IMG/VR virus record: IMGVR_UViG_3300043690_000019
Coordinates: 1 to 28,990 of that record
DNA length: 28,990 nt
Direction: 5' to 3' (one strand)
Source of the DNA: a virus
Taxonomy: Duplodnaviria > Caudoviricetes
In this document: one piece after another, positions 18,781-27,406 of the stretch
How the letters are laid out: each line of letters starts with the position of its first letter
Numbering within the stretch: the stretch's first letter is position 1
Notes under the pieces: generated by a model
Database searches by the model: none
What the model was told of the DNA's origin: nothing
What the model saw: only the letters and a program-made list of their open reading frames with translations
Translations under genes and position numbers: made by a program

Positions 18781-19674
18781 TGCCCCGCGCTCTGAGATGC
18801 CCAGAGCCTCACGCAATTCCTCAAGCCACTTCACTGTGCTCAGTGTGCCCATCTCTACATATTCAGGAGCTTTGTTTACCAACTCCCTGACCCGTGCCAG
18901 CTCCGCCTCGGATCGCTCCGCACGTTTCTTCCATCCATCGCTGCATTCGCATAACGTGTCAATCGTTCGCTTGACCCTTGTGTGCGCCTCTTCAGTCATT
19001 CCCGCCCTGAGTTCCTCCCGCCGCCCTTCCTGACCGGATGCCTCAGTAAAAGTCACATTCCCGGCTCTGTCCCACTGATGTTTGAATCCTTCTTTATCGA
19101 GTTTTTGCGATAGTGCCGCTGCAATATTTCGGAAAGCGTTCGCTTCACGTTCCCAGTCCTGCCCAGCCCGCTCCGTAGAGGGTGCCACATGCCAAGTATC
19201 CGGACAATTCACATACGGGCCGCCATTGGGAACGAGTTCTCCTGTGAACGCCACCCGCACTTTGTCGCGCTTCGTGCTTCCGCATGTTAAGCATCGCGGG
19301 GGCTCCGTAGAGGGTGATGCGCCCGTCTCTACTCTCCTCGATGCTTCAGCCATAGCCCCACCACAAATACCAGAAACATGAATACTATTGTTGCTGCCAT
19401 CTGTTCTCGCATTCACCGTTCCTCCTTCTGCTGCCCGCCCGTCGTGCCAAGGGTCTTCACATCCGCAGCATTCAACCGTGCACCACCAATGCCGATTCTT
19501 TCGGCTGGGCGAATTGCACGTCGGGCATCTCTCCGCGCTCTCTGCTGGTGACATAAACTTTCTGATTTCCTCCACAATCAACGGAATTGCATCGTGGTTG
19601 GCGTCTGTTCTGTTAACGATGGCCCAAGCGAAATCTAGTTCCCACCTTGTCGGCACTCCCCCGCTCTCTGGCAT
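18772..19674 (-). CDS. Mosaic accessory protein with two CxxC...CxDxWH modules
   Basis: RCPTCNS...CEDPWH and RCLTCGS...CPDTWH; C-terminal coiled coil; start chosen from RBS and spacing. Confidence 0.65.
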   Translation of the reverse strand: MPESGGVPTRWELDFAWAIVNRTDANHDAIPLIVEEIRKFMSPAESAERCPTCNSPSRKNRHWWCTVECCGCEDPWHDGRAAEGGTVNARTDGSNNSIHVSGICGGAMAEASRRVETGASPSTEPPRCLTCGSTKRDKVRVAFTGELVPNGGPYVNCPDTWHVAPSTERAGQDWEREANAFRNIAAALSQKLDKEGFKHQWDRAGNVTFTEASGQEGRREELRAGMTEEAHTRVKRTIDTLCECSDGWKKRAERSEAELARVRELVNKAPEYVEMGTLSTVKWLEELREALGISERGAEK

Positions 19675-19678
19675 GGAT

Positions 19679-19954
19679 TCAGTCTCCCCGGTTTGCGATC
19701 TCAACTAAAACGTCCCCGTGGCAGGGTTTCGGCGCACACCAGCAACCGAGTACCTTACCTTTTAGTTCTTCCTTGGCCTTTTTAATCAACCGCTCGTCGG
19801 CCATAATCATTTCTCGATACGCCTCAATGCAGCGTTCGCGGTCGCCGTACACACCCACCTTGAACGGATTGCCCCAGAATCCCGGTCGGCCAATGTACAC
19901 GTCGAACTTTTCCCTCTTGCAATGCACCACGCGTGCCCGTCCCTCGTTCGTCAT
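19679..19954 (-). CDS. DUF4326 family protein
   Basis: VVHCK..FDVYIGRP..WGNPF and LKGKVLGCWCAPKPCHGDVL signature. Confidence 0.9.
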   Translation of the reverse strand: MTNEGRARVVHCKREKFDVYIGRPGFWGNPFKVGVYGDRERCIEAYREMIMADERLIKKAKEELKGKVLGCWCAPKPCHGDVLVEIANRGD

Positions 19955-20157
19955 TTGGTCACCCCGGTATGCCTAATCCGATCAAGCTCTATCTGCTGAA
20001 AACTTCCATCATCCATCGCCACGACTGCCAATGTGCCGCGAGAGAAACTTCGTACCGTTCCAACTAGTTCGCCACTGTACTTCGCAGGCGGAATCGGCAC
20101 ATAGGTATCTTCGTAGCCCTCTGGAATCGGTGCGAAAACCAGCCATTCAACTCTCAT
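19951..20157 (-). CDS. Hypothetical protein
   Basis: GAGGAG RBS; ATGA overlap with the next gene. Confidence 0.7.
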   Translation of the reverse strand: MRVEWLVFAPIPEGYEDTYVPIPPAKYSGELVGTVRSFSRGTLAVVAMDDGSFQQIELDRIRHTGVTK

Positions 20158-20180
20158 TCGCTCCTCGTTCCTTTCGCCAC

Positions 20181-20632
20181 TTATTTGCTACAAAGCATCT
20201 CCTGAGTGTGAGTCGAACGGGTCCCTACCCACACTCAGGCTTGCTCGTGGTTAGAGTGAAAGACCGCGCAGAGCGATTCCGGCATTCGCTGTCATGATGG
20301 CTTCGCGCAACTTGCGAATCGCCGCCGTGCGATCTGCTCCGCTCGGCACCGTGTTGAGGATCACTTCCGCCATATGCTTTGCCGCAGAGCGCAAGTTCTC
20401 ATACGCCTTCTGCTGCATCACGTTCGGCGGGTGATACGTGAAAAGTTCGCGGATGATGTACTCATCGCTGGGACGCTCATTGCAGCAATCTTCGCCGCGA
20501 GTGCTCGCCTGCATGGGAATGTCGGTACGGCGTTTCATTTCTTCTGTTTCCAAGGCTTACCACCTTTCAATTGAGATTTCAGGGTAGGGACCCCGAATGC
20601 ACTTACCAACAGCAAAACTGTGTAGCAAATAA
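20181..20632. repeat. Bipartite inverted repeats flanking the Acb2/Tad1-like gene
   Basis: ttatttgctaca 20181-20192 / tgtagcaaataa 20621-20632, and gggtccctaccc 20219-20230 / gggtagggaccc 20582-20593. Confidence 0.85.
20251..20553 (-). CDS. Acb2/Tad1-like helical hairpin protein (putative immune-signal sponge)
   Basis: FTYHPP..Q..AYENLR...P.GADRTAAIRKLREAIMTANAGIA pattern; TTG start with AAAGGTGG RBS. Confidence 0.65.
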   Translation of the reverse strand: METEEMKRRTDIPMQASTRGEDCCNERPSDEYIIRELFTYHPPNVMQQKAYENLRSAAKHMAEVILNTVPSGADRTAAIRKLREAIMTANAGIALRGLSL

Positions 20633-20638
20633 AATTAC

Positions 20639-21064
20639 TCACTCCCTCCCACCCGGATCGCAAGGTGTGGTTACTGGCTCTCGCGATTTAAAGAAGTCTT
20701 TGGGCACGATTGGCTTCTTGGCATTGAATTGGTAGAATAGGTAGCATTCGCCTGCGTTCGCGCGCCAGTGCTTGAGTGTCATCAGGTAGTTCATCAGACC
20801 GATGCAGTCAATGCCCGTCATGCGAATGTTCTGCCAGAAGATGTTTCCCCCGTCGCCTGCCAGCACTACCGGACGCCAGATGTCGCGGCCAAACTTGATC
20901 TTGGTAGGCGCAGGGCCATTCCATTCAAACTTGACTCCGCGAGGCGGCCAGAGAGTGTCTTCCAGTTCCAGTTCGTATTGATCGAAGTCGATGCGGACCG
21001 CACGGCCCGTACTGAATCCATTGTCATCGTTGCAGCAGATCGAGACGGTAATCATTTCTGACAA
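20639..21064 (-). CDS. Hypothetical protein
   Basis: GGAGG RBS; tiles with neighbours. Confidence 0.65.
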   Translation of the reverse strand: MSEMITVSICCNDDNGFSTGRAVRIDFDQYELELEDTLWPPRGVKFEWNGPAPTKIKFGRDIWRPVVLAGDGGNIFWQNIRMTGIDCIGLMNYLMTLKHWRANAGECYLFYQFNAKKPIVPKDFFKSREPVTTPCDPGGRE

Positions 21065-21282
21065 CTCCCCTCCGGCAGATGCACACAGTCCCTAAGCAAC
21101 AATTTCCGCAAGAATTGTTCGCGCCGTGTCGCGGAGATTATTGACTCGGGCGATTGCTGCTCCATTGCAAGATTGGCCCAGAACTTGTATTCCTTTACCA
21201 GCGACAGAACGCCGTGCGAATTGATTTCAGACGCATGACGCTCTGCCGCCATAACTAGCCCGTGATCTATTTCGTAGGGCAT
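21052..21282 (-). CDS. Hypothetical protein
   Basis: TGATG coupling to the upstream gene; starts MPYEIDHG. Confidence 0.55.
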   Translation of the reverse strand: MPYEIDHGLVMAAERHASEINSHGVLSLVKEYKFWANLAMEQQSPESIISATRREQFLRKLLLRDCVHLPEGSCQK

Positions 21283-21593
21283 CAGTCGATGTGCTCCTCC
21301 GTGAACGTGCAATCCTTCCACTCGGCAATACGATCCTCTTCTACTTCCCAATCGACGCGCTGCTCTACAACGCTCGCTGCACCGAATAGCGTCTTGCCGC
21401 CTTCGACCAACTCGCGCCCGACCTTCATTGCAGAATCCTTATCCTTGAAGTTCTGGTAGCGGTAGATGATGTCGGTGTCGTAGTCAATCTCCTCTTTGCC
21501 CTCGGCAGACTTTCTCAACTCTTCCCAAGATAGCTGCCAGCGTGTCGCGCCGAAATTCTCGTAGACCTTCTCTGGATAAACCCAAACTCGCAT
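21282..21593 (-). CDS. Hypothetical protein
   Basis: GAGGAG RBS before ATG at 21593 (MRVWVYPE). Confidence 0.7.
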   Translation of the reverse strand: MRVWVYPEKVYENFGATRWQLSWEELRKSAEGKEEIDYDTDIIYRYQNFKDKDSAMKVGRELVEGGKTLFGAASVVEQRVDWEVEEDRIAEWKDCTFTEEHID

Positions 21594-21722
21594 ATGCGCT
21601 CGCTCCTCATCGAGCACATCTAGTTTACTAGCCTAATTTTTCGTAATCGTCATTTTCGCCAGTATTCATGCGGTTAAAACGAATGTCGTGTTGAGAGCAA
21701 AGGAAATAAAAATTACTTGACA

Positions 21723-22025
21723 TCAGTCCGGCCATTTTTTCGGATCGCTCGGAAAAGCTGGCGGATCACACACTCTCGGATCTTCCGGCTCCTTCACTTC
21801 CACCTTGGCATTCATCTGCTCTGCCCATTTCGGATCAATATGCTGCCAGTTCCATCCGGTGCATACTCCATCGGGGAAGCAGAGGCGTTCTTGATGGAGA
21901 CATTTTGCCTTCGCAGTCTGCTGATACCTCGCCACTGCCGGTATCTTGTTCATGCATCCCAGACCATTGATTGCCAGTCCCATCGCTATTGCCCCGCACA
22001 GGAAACCCTTAAAGAATTCTGTCAT
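21723..22025 (-). CDS. Small membrane-anchored or exported protein
   Basis: GGAGG RBS; ATGA overlap; hydrophobic N-terminus. Confidence 0.6.
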   Translation of the reverse strand: MTEFFKGFLCGAIAMGLAINGLGCMNKIPAVARYQQTAKAKCLHQERLCFPDGVCTGWNWQHIDPKWAEQMNAKVEVKEPEDPRVCDPPAFPSDPKKWPD

Positions 22026-22348
22026 CTTTCCTCCGTCCAATGCCTCACGATCTCAGGCAGCGTTGGCGCGGGATTGAATATGGAATCACAGTTACCTATG
22101 AAATTCGGTGCTTCCAGTGGAACTTCCACGTATTCAGTGTGAAAGTGTCCGCCGCCATCAGTGATCTGCCGAGTCTGCCGCGCTGCCTCGAAGTCCTGCT
22201 CTCTATAAGTAGGGTAGGGGTAGGGAAGGAATAGCGTCGTCCTTCCGCTGCAATCCTGATACTCGCAACTTAGCGGCTTGTCTGGAGTCAATTCTCCTGC
22301 CTGCTGTACTAATCCCGTGGCAATGAGCAATAAGAGGGTGGTTTTCAT
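22022..22348 (-). CDS. Small protein with signal-like N-terminus
   Basis: GGAGG RBS; MKTTLLLLIATGLVQQA; ATGA overlap. Confidence 0.6.
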   Translation of the reverse strand: MKTTLLLLIATGLVQQAGELTPDKPLSCEYQDCSGRTTLFLPYPYPTYREQDFEAARQTRQITDGGGHFHTEYVEVPLEAPNFIGNCDSIFNPAPTLPEIVRHWTEER

Positions 22349-22608
22349 GGCTTCCTCCCCGAACAATCAACATGATGATGAAGGCCATCTGGGAACGTTA
22401 CGGGTGTGCAAGTACAAACAGGAGTAGATTGATTGTTTCCGCATTGCGGACATTCGCCAGAAATTAGGATCGGGAACCAGACGTGCCCGCAGCCGTCGCA
22501 CTTCCGATCTACCGTGTTCACGTCGAATCCCATTGCCTGCAAACTCGGGGCTTTTGCATATCTTCCGTGACTGCGGAATACCATTCGACCATTGCTGTAC
22601 TTGCTCAT
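22345..22608 (-). CDS. Zinc-ribbon protein
   Basis: CDGC...CPQC; AAGGAG RBS. Confidence 0.65.
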   Translation of the reverse strand: MSKYSNGRMVFRSHGRYAKAPSLQAMGFDVNTVDRKCDGCGHVWFPILISGECPQCGNNQSTPVCTCTPVTFPDGLHHHVDCSGRKP

Positions 22609-22612
22609 GTGC

Positions 22613-22990
22613 TCACTCTCCTTCCTTGGGAGCCGCCGCCCGCCAGTGCGTAATCTCGTCGTGGTCAAAGAATCTCTCCCGCCACCAATAGTCAAGATCG
22701 CCTTGGAGAATGGCTCCGTGAAGTTCTGACCCATCGCGCAATCGGACTATGATCTCCTCTCCCATCGGCGGAATTGCCATCGCGTTTTCTTCTGTGCTAA
22801 TCCAATCGGTTGGCGCTCCCCCGGCGCGGGAAGAGGACTCTAGCCTAACGATTAAATTGATTGCTTCTTGGCAACTCATCTGCGGAAGATATCCGTGGTC
22901 TACCAAGTGCCGCAGAAAGTGAATCGCGTGTTCTACTGGCGAAAGTTCCAAGCATTCCTTCGCATCTTTGATCGCATCCCGTCCGCTCAT
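22613..22990 (-). CDS. DUF551-like domain protein
   Basis: C-terminal DWIS...PP.GEEIIV...ITHWR pattern; start could be 23014. Confidence 0.55.
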   Translation of the reverse strand: MSGRDAIKDAKECLELSPVEHAIHFLRHLVDHGYLPQMSCQEAINLIVRLESSSRAGGAPTDWISTEENAMAIPPMGEEIIVRLRDGSELHGAILQGDLDYWWRERFFDHDEITHWRAAAPKEGE

Positions 22991-23030
22991 GCTCCGCTCC
23001 CGTTCCTTAGCCATCGCTTTTTCTCATCCA

Positions 23031-23459
23031 TTAGCAGTGCGCCTCCAAGTGGCATTCGATACAGATCAGAATTGTTTCCGCGTCGTCGCGCTTGCCTCCG
23101 CCGATTCCGCGACCGTTCAAGTGATGCCGATGTCCCCAAGCTGGCGTCGGCATGAATTTCCCGCACTCTTTTCCCGACTTCAGATTGACGCAGCGCTGAT
23201 TCTGCTTTCGCCACATTGCCTGTTTCGTCTGGGAATATCGCGACGGGGATTCAACTAGTCGGCCATCTTTCGGTTGTTGCTTCGCGCTGGCGCTGGGCTT
23301 GGGAATCGCGAAGCCGGAGGTATCCATGGGGATCTGAATCGGCTTCGTCACTCTCTGCGGGAATTTCTTTCTCAGCGCCATGCGAGTCTCCGCCCAGATG
23401 GAAGTGCCCTTCTGGTAGTACCGCGGTCCGGCTAAGGTCATGATCCTGATAGCGCTCAT
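23031..23459 (-). CDS. HNH-like nuclease domain protein
   Basis: RC...ECG...HRHHLNGRGIGGGKRDD...LICIECHLEAH. Confidence 0.7.
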   Translation of the reverse strand: MSAIRIMTLAGPRYYQKGTSIWAETRMALRKKFPQRVTKPIQIPMDTSGFAIPKPSASAKQQPKDGRLVESPSRYSQTKQAMWRKQNQRCVNLKSGKECGKFMPTPAWGHRHHLNGRGIGGGKRDDAETILICIECHLEAHC

Positions 23460-23773
23460 GCAGCCTCCGCCGGATCGATGTCAAGGTTTTCGCCGCGCGC
23501 TTCCAGCCATTCCTGCCAGCGCTTTTTCTCTACAAGGCCGTATTCATACATCGGGATTTCATGTGCGGCCGGAGGCTTGCCGGTCTGGGCGCGGCAGATC
23601 TCGCACAGTTTGTCGCGGGTTGGCCCTGACAGATCCGCGCGGAAATCCAGTTGAAGGCCGAAGCACATCAACCCGTTCTCAATCAGAGTTCCGCACTTCA
23701 TCTCCAACTGATGAAAGCAGAGCAAAGGCTCCGAGACGGTGATTAGATGAATCGGTGGTCGCTTGACTTTCAT
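23456..23773 (-). CDS. Hypothetical protein
   Basis: ATGA overlaps at both ends. Confidence 0.65.
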   Translation of the reverse strand: MKVKRPPIHLITVSEPLLCFHQLEMKCGTLIENGLMCFGLQLDFRADLSGPTRDKLCEICRAQTGKPPAAHEIPMYEYGLVEKKRWQEWLEARGENLDIDPAEAA

Positions 23774-24312
23774 GCTGCCTCCGGCGGTTGATCCATTGGG
23801 GAATCATTGATCGATGGCGGAGGGGGGAATTCGCAGGGCCCGTCATGGTCCGCGAAGTGAATGCAGCCGGGAGATTTTGCGCAAAGCTTTGTGACTTCGT
23901 CGGACATCTTCGCGAGTGCATCATTGACCTGTTCATCGGTCGGCGCCGCCGCGTTCTGCGCAAGGGGGAATTGAATGGTTTCCTGCTTCTCTTCCCAGTT
24001 CATTTCGTGGGTTTCTACCAGTTCGTTGCGGTCCATCCGGAAATAGGATTTCTTCCCCGGCTCCGGATGGTCGTAGCGGATATCGCAGCCGATTTGCGCG
24101 GTCTCTCCGCCCTTGACGTATTTCTTCGCCAAGTCGGAAATGTCAGTGTCGTGCTTCGTGATGCGCTCATTAAATGCGGCATCGGAAGCCTTCTTTTCGT
24201 TCTTTGTGGTTTCCCGGTCGGAGATGGCTTGCGCAAGGCTGGCTGCGGTTTCTGCTAATTCCTCCGCCGTGTACTTTTCAAAAATGGCGAGTGTGATTGT
24301 GTCCGGTCTCAA
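23770..24312 (-). CDS. Hypothetical coiled-coil phage protein
   Basis: AAGGAG RBS, TTG start; helical N-half; C-terminal C..C.H..H..C cluster. Confidence 0.7.
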   Translation of the reverse strand: MRPDTITLAIFEKYTAEELAETAASLAQAISDRETTKNEKKASDAAFNERITKHDTDISDLAKKYVKGGETAQIGCDIRYDHPEPGKKSYFRMDRNELVETHEMNWEEKQETIQFPLAQNAAAPTDEQVNDALAKMSDEVTKLCAKSPGCIHFADHDGPCEFPPPPSINDSPMDQPPEAA

Positions 24313-24316
24313 GTGT

Positions 24317-24472
24317 TCATTTCTCCTTTGCTAGTTTTCGAATATCTTGCTCTGCCCTGAATTCCGCCGTGGGGCGAGAAAGGTTACTCATAAATTCGAT
24401 AATTCCGGCGCGCTCTTCGAATAGCTGACGCCAGTCCGACGGCCACTGCGAAACTTTTTCGGGAAGATTCAT
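24317..24472 (-). CDS. 51-aa protein with FEERAGI motif (absent from the ORF track)
   Basis: My translation: MNLPEKVSQWPSDWRQLFEERAGIIEFMSNLSRPTAEFRAEQDIRKLAKEK; ATGA-coupled; fills the gap. Confidence 0.7.
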   Translation of the reverse strand: MNLPEKVSQWPSDWRQLFEERAGIIEFMSNLSRPTAEFRAEQDIRKLAKEK

Positions 24473-24816
24473 GCCGGTCTCCAATAGAGGCTCTTCCAGA
24501 CGTTTTGCCGGTTCCCGTGCTTCTCCGGCCGTTCGCTGCGCTTTACTTCATTCGTGGATGCAAGAATTTTCATCAGTCGCGCGCGCTGCATCGCAGGGCC
24601 TATCGCAGCCAAGTTGTGAGTGTGCGGCGGCTTGTAGAGGGATTCGAATTCGTTCAGAACGTCATCCGACGTCAGGAATTGCTTCCGCTTTGCCACGGCC
24701 AAAACGCAGGCGTCCCAAATGTGTTTCCACTTTTCGTCTGCGTTATCGTCGGCGGTCTTCATGCCGATCTGCGCTGAAGGCGGAAGCTTCTGTTCGAAAT
24801 CTAACGAAAATTGCAT
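24469..24816 (-). CDS. Hypothetical protein, possibly winged-helix
   Basis: FLTSDDV...AIGPAM...RSERPEKHG...VWKS; AAGGA RBS. Confidence 0.7.
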   Translation of the reverse strand: MQFSLDFEQKLPPSAQIGMKTADDNADEKWKHIWDACVLAVAKRKQFLTSDDVLNEFESLYKPPHTHNLAAIGPAMQRARLMKILASTNEVKRSERPEKHGNRQNVWKSLYWRPA

Positions 24817-24936
24817 GGCTTAATCCTTCATTCTGGGATGGGGCGGCTTGTTGCCTTTCACTGGTTTCTTTCTTCGCGAGAAAAAATCCAAGTGTTCCGA
24901 TAGTTGGCTAACTGCCGCCCCAACGCCCCCAGAAAC

Positions 24937-25722
24937 TCAATCCCCAAATTGCGGTTCGTCTTTGTGCGCTGAATCAATCGAAGTCACTACGGCTTGCGGT
25001 CCCCGCCTCTTCTTGATATCGGCAACCGCCGCGGACCACTGGCCGGTGAGATCCTGCCCCTGAGCGAGTAACCACTTCATTGCTACGTCGAAATCCTTAC
25101 GCGGAAGATCTGGAATCTGATCGGCATCGATGGGGAAGCCCATGATCTTCGTCAGGGCTTCGTTAATCTGCTCCCGCGTCATGCTGACCTGCGCAGTCGC
25201 CGCGCCCCATGCTCTCTTCTGGTAAGAGGCAATGCGGACGGATTCCTTCGCCGTGGGGTCCGACTCCCGCTTGGAGGCGTCCGGATCGTCGGCTTCCCCG
25301 TAGACCATGGAGACCCGCTTCAGCCAAGCTTTGAAGGCCGACGTCTGCGCAATAGCTAAGGCTTTGTCGGAGCGGTTCTTGGCGGAGCCGTAAGAGGCTC
25401 CCAGATTGACGACTTCCTTCCGTCGACGCGCGGAGAACTCCGTCCGGACAACGCAGCGCTCTATGAGTTTGCCTTCGTCATCCCGCATCTGCTCAAAACG
25501 CTGTTCGACGTCGTTCGGCAGAAAGAGAATGCCGCGCTGAAACAGTTCTCCCTTTAGGGCGTCGCAGAGATCCACGATGCGCAGGTATGCGAATGGGTCT
25601 TCCGGGTCTTCGTCGTTCAGCCCGTTCTTTTTGATGGAGATAATCCGGTCGCAGACTTCGGCGACTTCTTCTGCGATTGTTTTCTTATGAAGCTTCGATT
25701 TGAGGTACGATAGAGAGAACAT
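24937..25722 (-). CDS. erf: Erf-family ssDNA annealing protein
   Basis: KKNGLN...FAY...D...L...GI and GSAKNRSDKALAIAQTSAFKAWL...DDPD pattern. Confidence 0.75.
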   Translation of the reverse strand: MFSLSYLKSKLHKKTIAEEVAEVCDRIISIKKNGLNDEDPEDPFAYLRIVDLCDALKGELFQRGILFLPNDVEQRFEQMRDDEGKLIERCVVRTEFSARRRKEVVNLGASYGSAKNRSDKALAIAQTSAFKAWLKRVSMVYGEADDPDASKRESDPTAKESVRIASYQKRAWGAATAQVSMTREQINEALTKIMGFPIDADQIPDLPRKDFDVAMKWLLAQGQDLTGQWSAAVADIKKRRGPQAVVTSIDSAHKDEPQFGD

Positions 25723-25762
25723 TTTGGGTCAATCCTTTCCTTTCCGCGAATTGAAGGCTGCG

Positions 25763-25981
25763 TTAGTTTCTGAGGCTGGCGCAGCCTTCTCTTTCATCAA
25801 GTTCAAGTTCTTCTGCTAATTGCTCACAAAGGTCTGAAAGCGCTTCGTCTTTCGTCCTTCCCCAGCCGACATTCTGCGGACCCGCATCCGGCGCCCCGTC
25901 GTAACGGTCTTCGTCGTAAGCACAGAAGTCGTGAGTTCTGATCGGAATCGGAGGAAAGACGCAGTCAACTCTTATCTTCAT
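25763..25981 (-). CDS. Small phage protein
   Basis: PPIPIR.HDF...YDGAPD...GWGRTKDEAL; tiles with neighbours. Confidence 0.75.
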   Translation of the reverse strand: MKIRVDCVFPPIPIRTHDFCAYDEDRYDGAPDAGPQNVGWGRTKDEALSDLCEQLAEELELDEREGCASLRN

Positions 25982-25982
25982 T

Positions 25983-26210
25983 TCAATTCACCTTCTGAAT
26001 ACTTGGGCTTACAGCTTCACTTCCGCACCGGTTGCACCTTCCCTGTGGATCTAATGGCCCTACGTTGAAGCAATTGCAGCAATCCCATGTCTCATTCGGG
26101 CAGATCGTCACGGAATTGCGGAATTCCAGTATTTCTTCGAACAATTCCGGCTTCTGCTGTCGGATCAGACTCAAGAGGCTGACGGCGGAACGGGCTCTCA
26201 GGTGATTCAT
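25983..26210 (-). CDS. Small zinc-finger protein
   Basis: CCNC...CNRC; ATGA overlap. Confidence 0.6.
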   Translation of the reverse strand: MNHLRARSAVSLLSLIRQQKPELFEEILEFRNSVTICPNETWDCCNCFNVGPLDPQGRCNRCGSEAVSPSIQKVN

Positions 26211-26605
26211 CGCGGATTTCTCCAAGCCCATGATCCCCGTGCGTGCTTGTCGCCGTGAATCAGCAGATGGCAGCTTCCGCAGACTGGAATGTGACCGTCT
26301 GCAAAGTGCCCCGTGGGGCTATGTCGATGGGCGGCTTTCGCTCCGCACAAAACGCAGCAATCCAGCTTCGGCGCCCTGCGGATTTCCTGTGCGCGAGAGG
26401 AAATCTTCCGTTCCCGGGAAACTTCCACAGAAGTAAGAAAAACAGTAGGCCCTGTGGAAGCTTCGGAAATCGGCTGAACGTCGCGCGTGAAGGGAATTTC
26501 ACCGTCTGGCAAAGTTGTGCGAAAGCTTGTTTCTTCTGCCAAGGAAATCCCGGCGCCGACGTCCCCGATTTCTAGCGGTTGTGAATTTTGGGGAAATGTG
26601 GACAT
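26207..26605 (-). CDS. Protein with degenerate HNH-like zinc domain
   Basis: CVLCG...HRH...PVCGSCHLLIH; abuts the upstream stop. Confidence 0.55.
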   Translation of the reverse strand: MSTFPQNSQPLEIGDVGAGISLAEETSFRTTLPDGEIPFTRDVQPISEASTGPTVFLTSVEVSRERKISSRAQEIRRAPKLDCCVLCGAKAAHRHSPTGHFADGHIPVCGSCHLLIHGDKHARGSWAWRNPR

Positions 26606-26818
26606 TCAGGACCTCCACCACCACAAAGAAGCTACCGCCAAGCCCACAAACAGCCCCGCCCAGAAAACTCCCGTGAAGATGTTCCCGGTTCGGTTCATGT
26701 CAGCGCGGCGCTCACAGAACTGCCAGTAAGGCTCCGGCTCTCCTGCGGTTCGGGCGCGAAGGGCTTCCAGTTCTTCGTCGCTCATGATTGGGTCAAACGG
26801 GATGCGGCCGTTTTTCAT
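26606..26818 (-). CDS. Small membrane protein
   Basis: GAGGAG RBS; C-terminal transmembrane helix. Confidence 0.7.
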   Translation of the reverse strand: MKNGRIPFDPIMSDEELEALRARTAGEPEPYWQFCERRADMNRTGNIFTGVFWAGLFVGLAVASLWWWRS

Positions 26819-26851
26819 TTTTGGGACTCTCCTCGACAGAGAATTTTTGAA

Positions 26852-26867
26852 AAGGGGGAAGGCTTTT
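26852..26867. repeat. 16-bp intergenic repeat, copy 1
   Basis: aagggggaaggctttt, identical to 28361-28376. Confidence 0.85.
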
Positions 26868-26869
26868 AC

Positions 26870-27220
26870 TTATGCCATTTCTTCTTGCTCAGCTTGCCGC
26901 GCGAACACTCCCGGCGCCGGTTCGGGATGGATGATTGATACCGCCGCCCTGCGCAATCCGCGGCGAACATCTTCAAGCGATTCCCGAACGCGATAGGACT
27001 CGGAATATTCCGCGTTGGAATGATTCATCTGGATTTCCGTTCCGCAAATATTGCCTTCCGTTGTGTAATCGCGTGCTGCTCGGATAGAGGCGATATTTGC
27101 GATGTTTACTAGAATCGGTTCCGGCTTCGTCCCCAAGGTGAAGACCTGCAGGAACCGCGGCGCCGTGGCTTCTTTGATTTCCGACGCCAAACACATCAGG
27201 TTTTCGTAGCTGCTTTCCAT
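26870..27220 (-). CDS. Hypothetical protein, FlbD-like pattern
   Basis: ILVNIANIASI...TEI...VRESLEDV. Confidence 0.55.
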   Translation of the reverse strand: MESSYENLMCLASEIKEATAPRFLQVFTLGTKPEPILVNIANIASIRAARDYTTEGNICGTEIQMNHSNAEYSESYRVRESLEDVRRGLRRAAVSIIHPEPAPGVFARQAEQEEMA

Positions 27221-27406
27221 GTGACTTCCCTTCTGCCCGTATGGGCGCTTAAACGTGCCGCAGGATTGCAACACCGTATCCGCAAACTGTGAGCATGAAA
27301 TTGAAATGGTTGCGGGTGTAGATCAGGCGAGTTTGGCCCGTCTCAAATTTCCCAACAACGTAGATGTTTCGACCGATACGCTTATTTAGCAGCATGGAGT
27401 TTTCCC

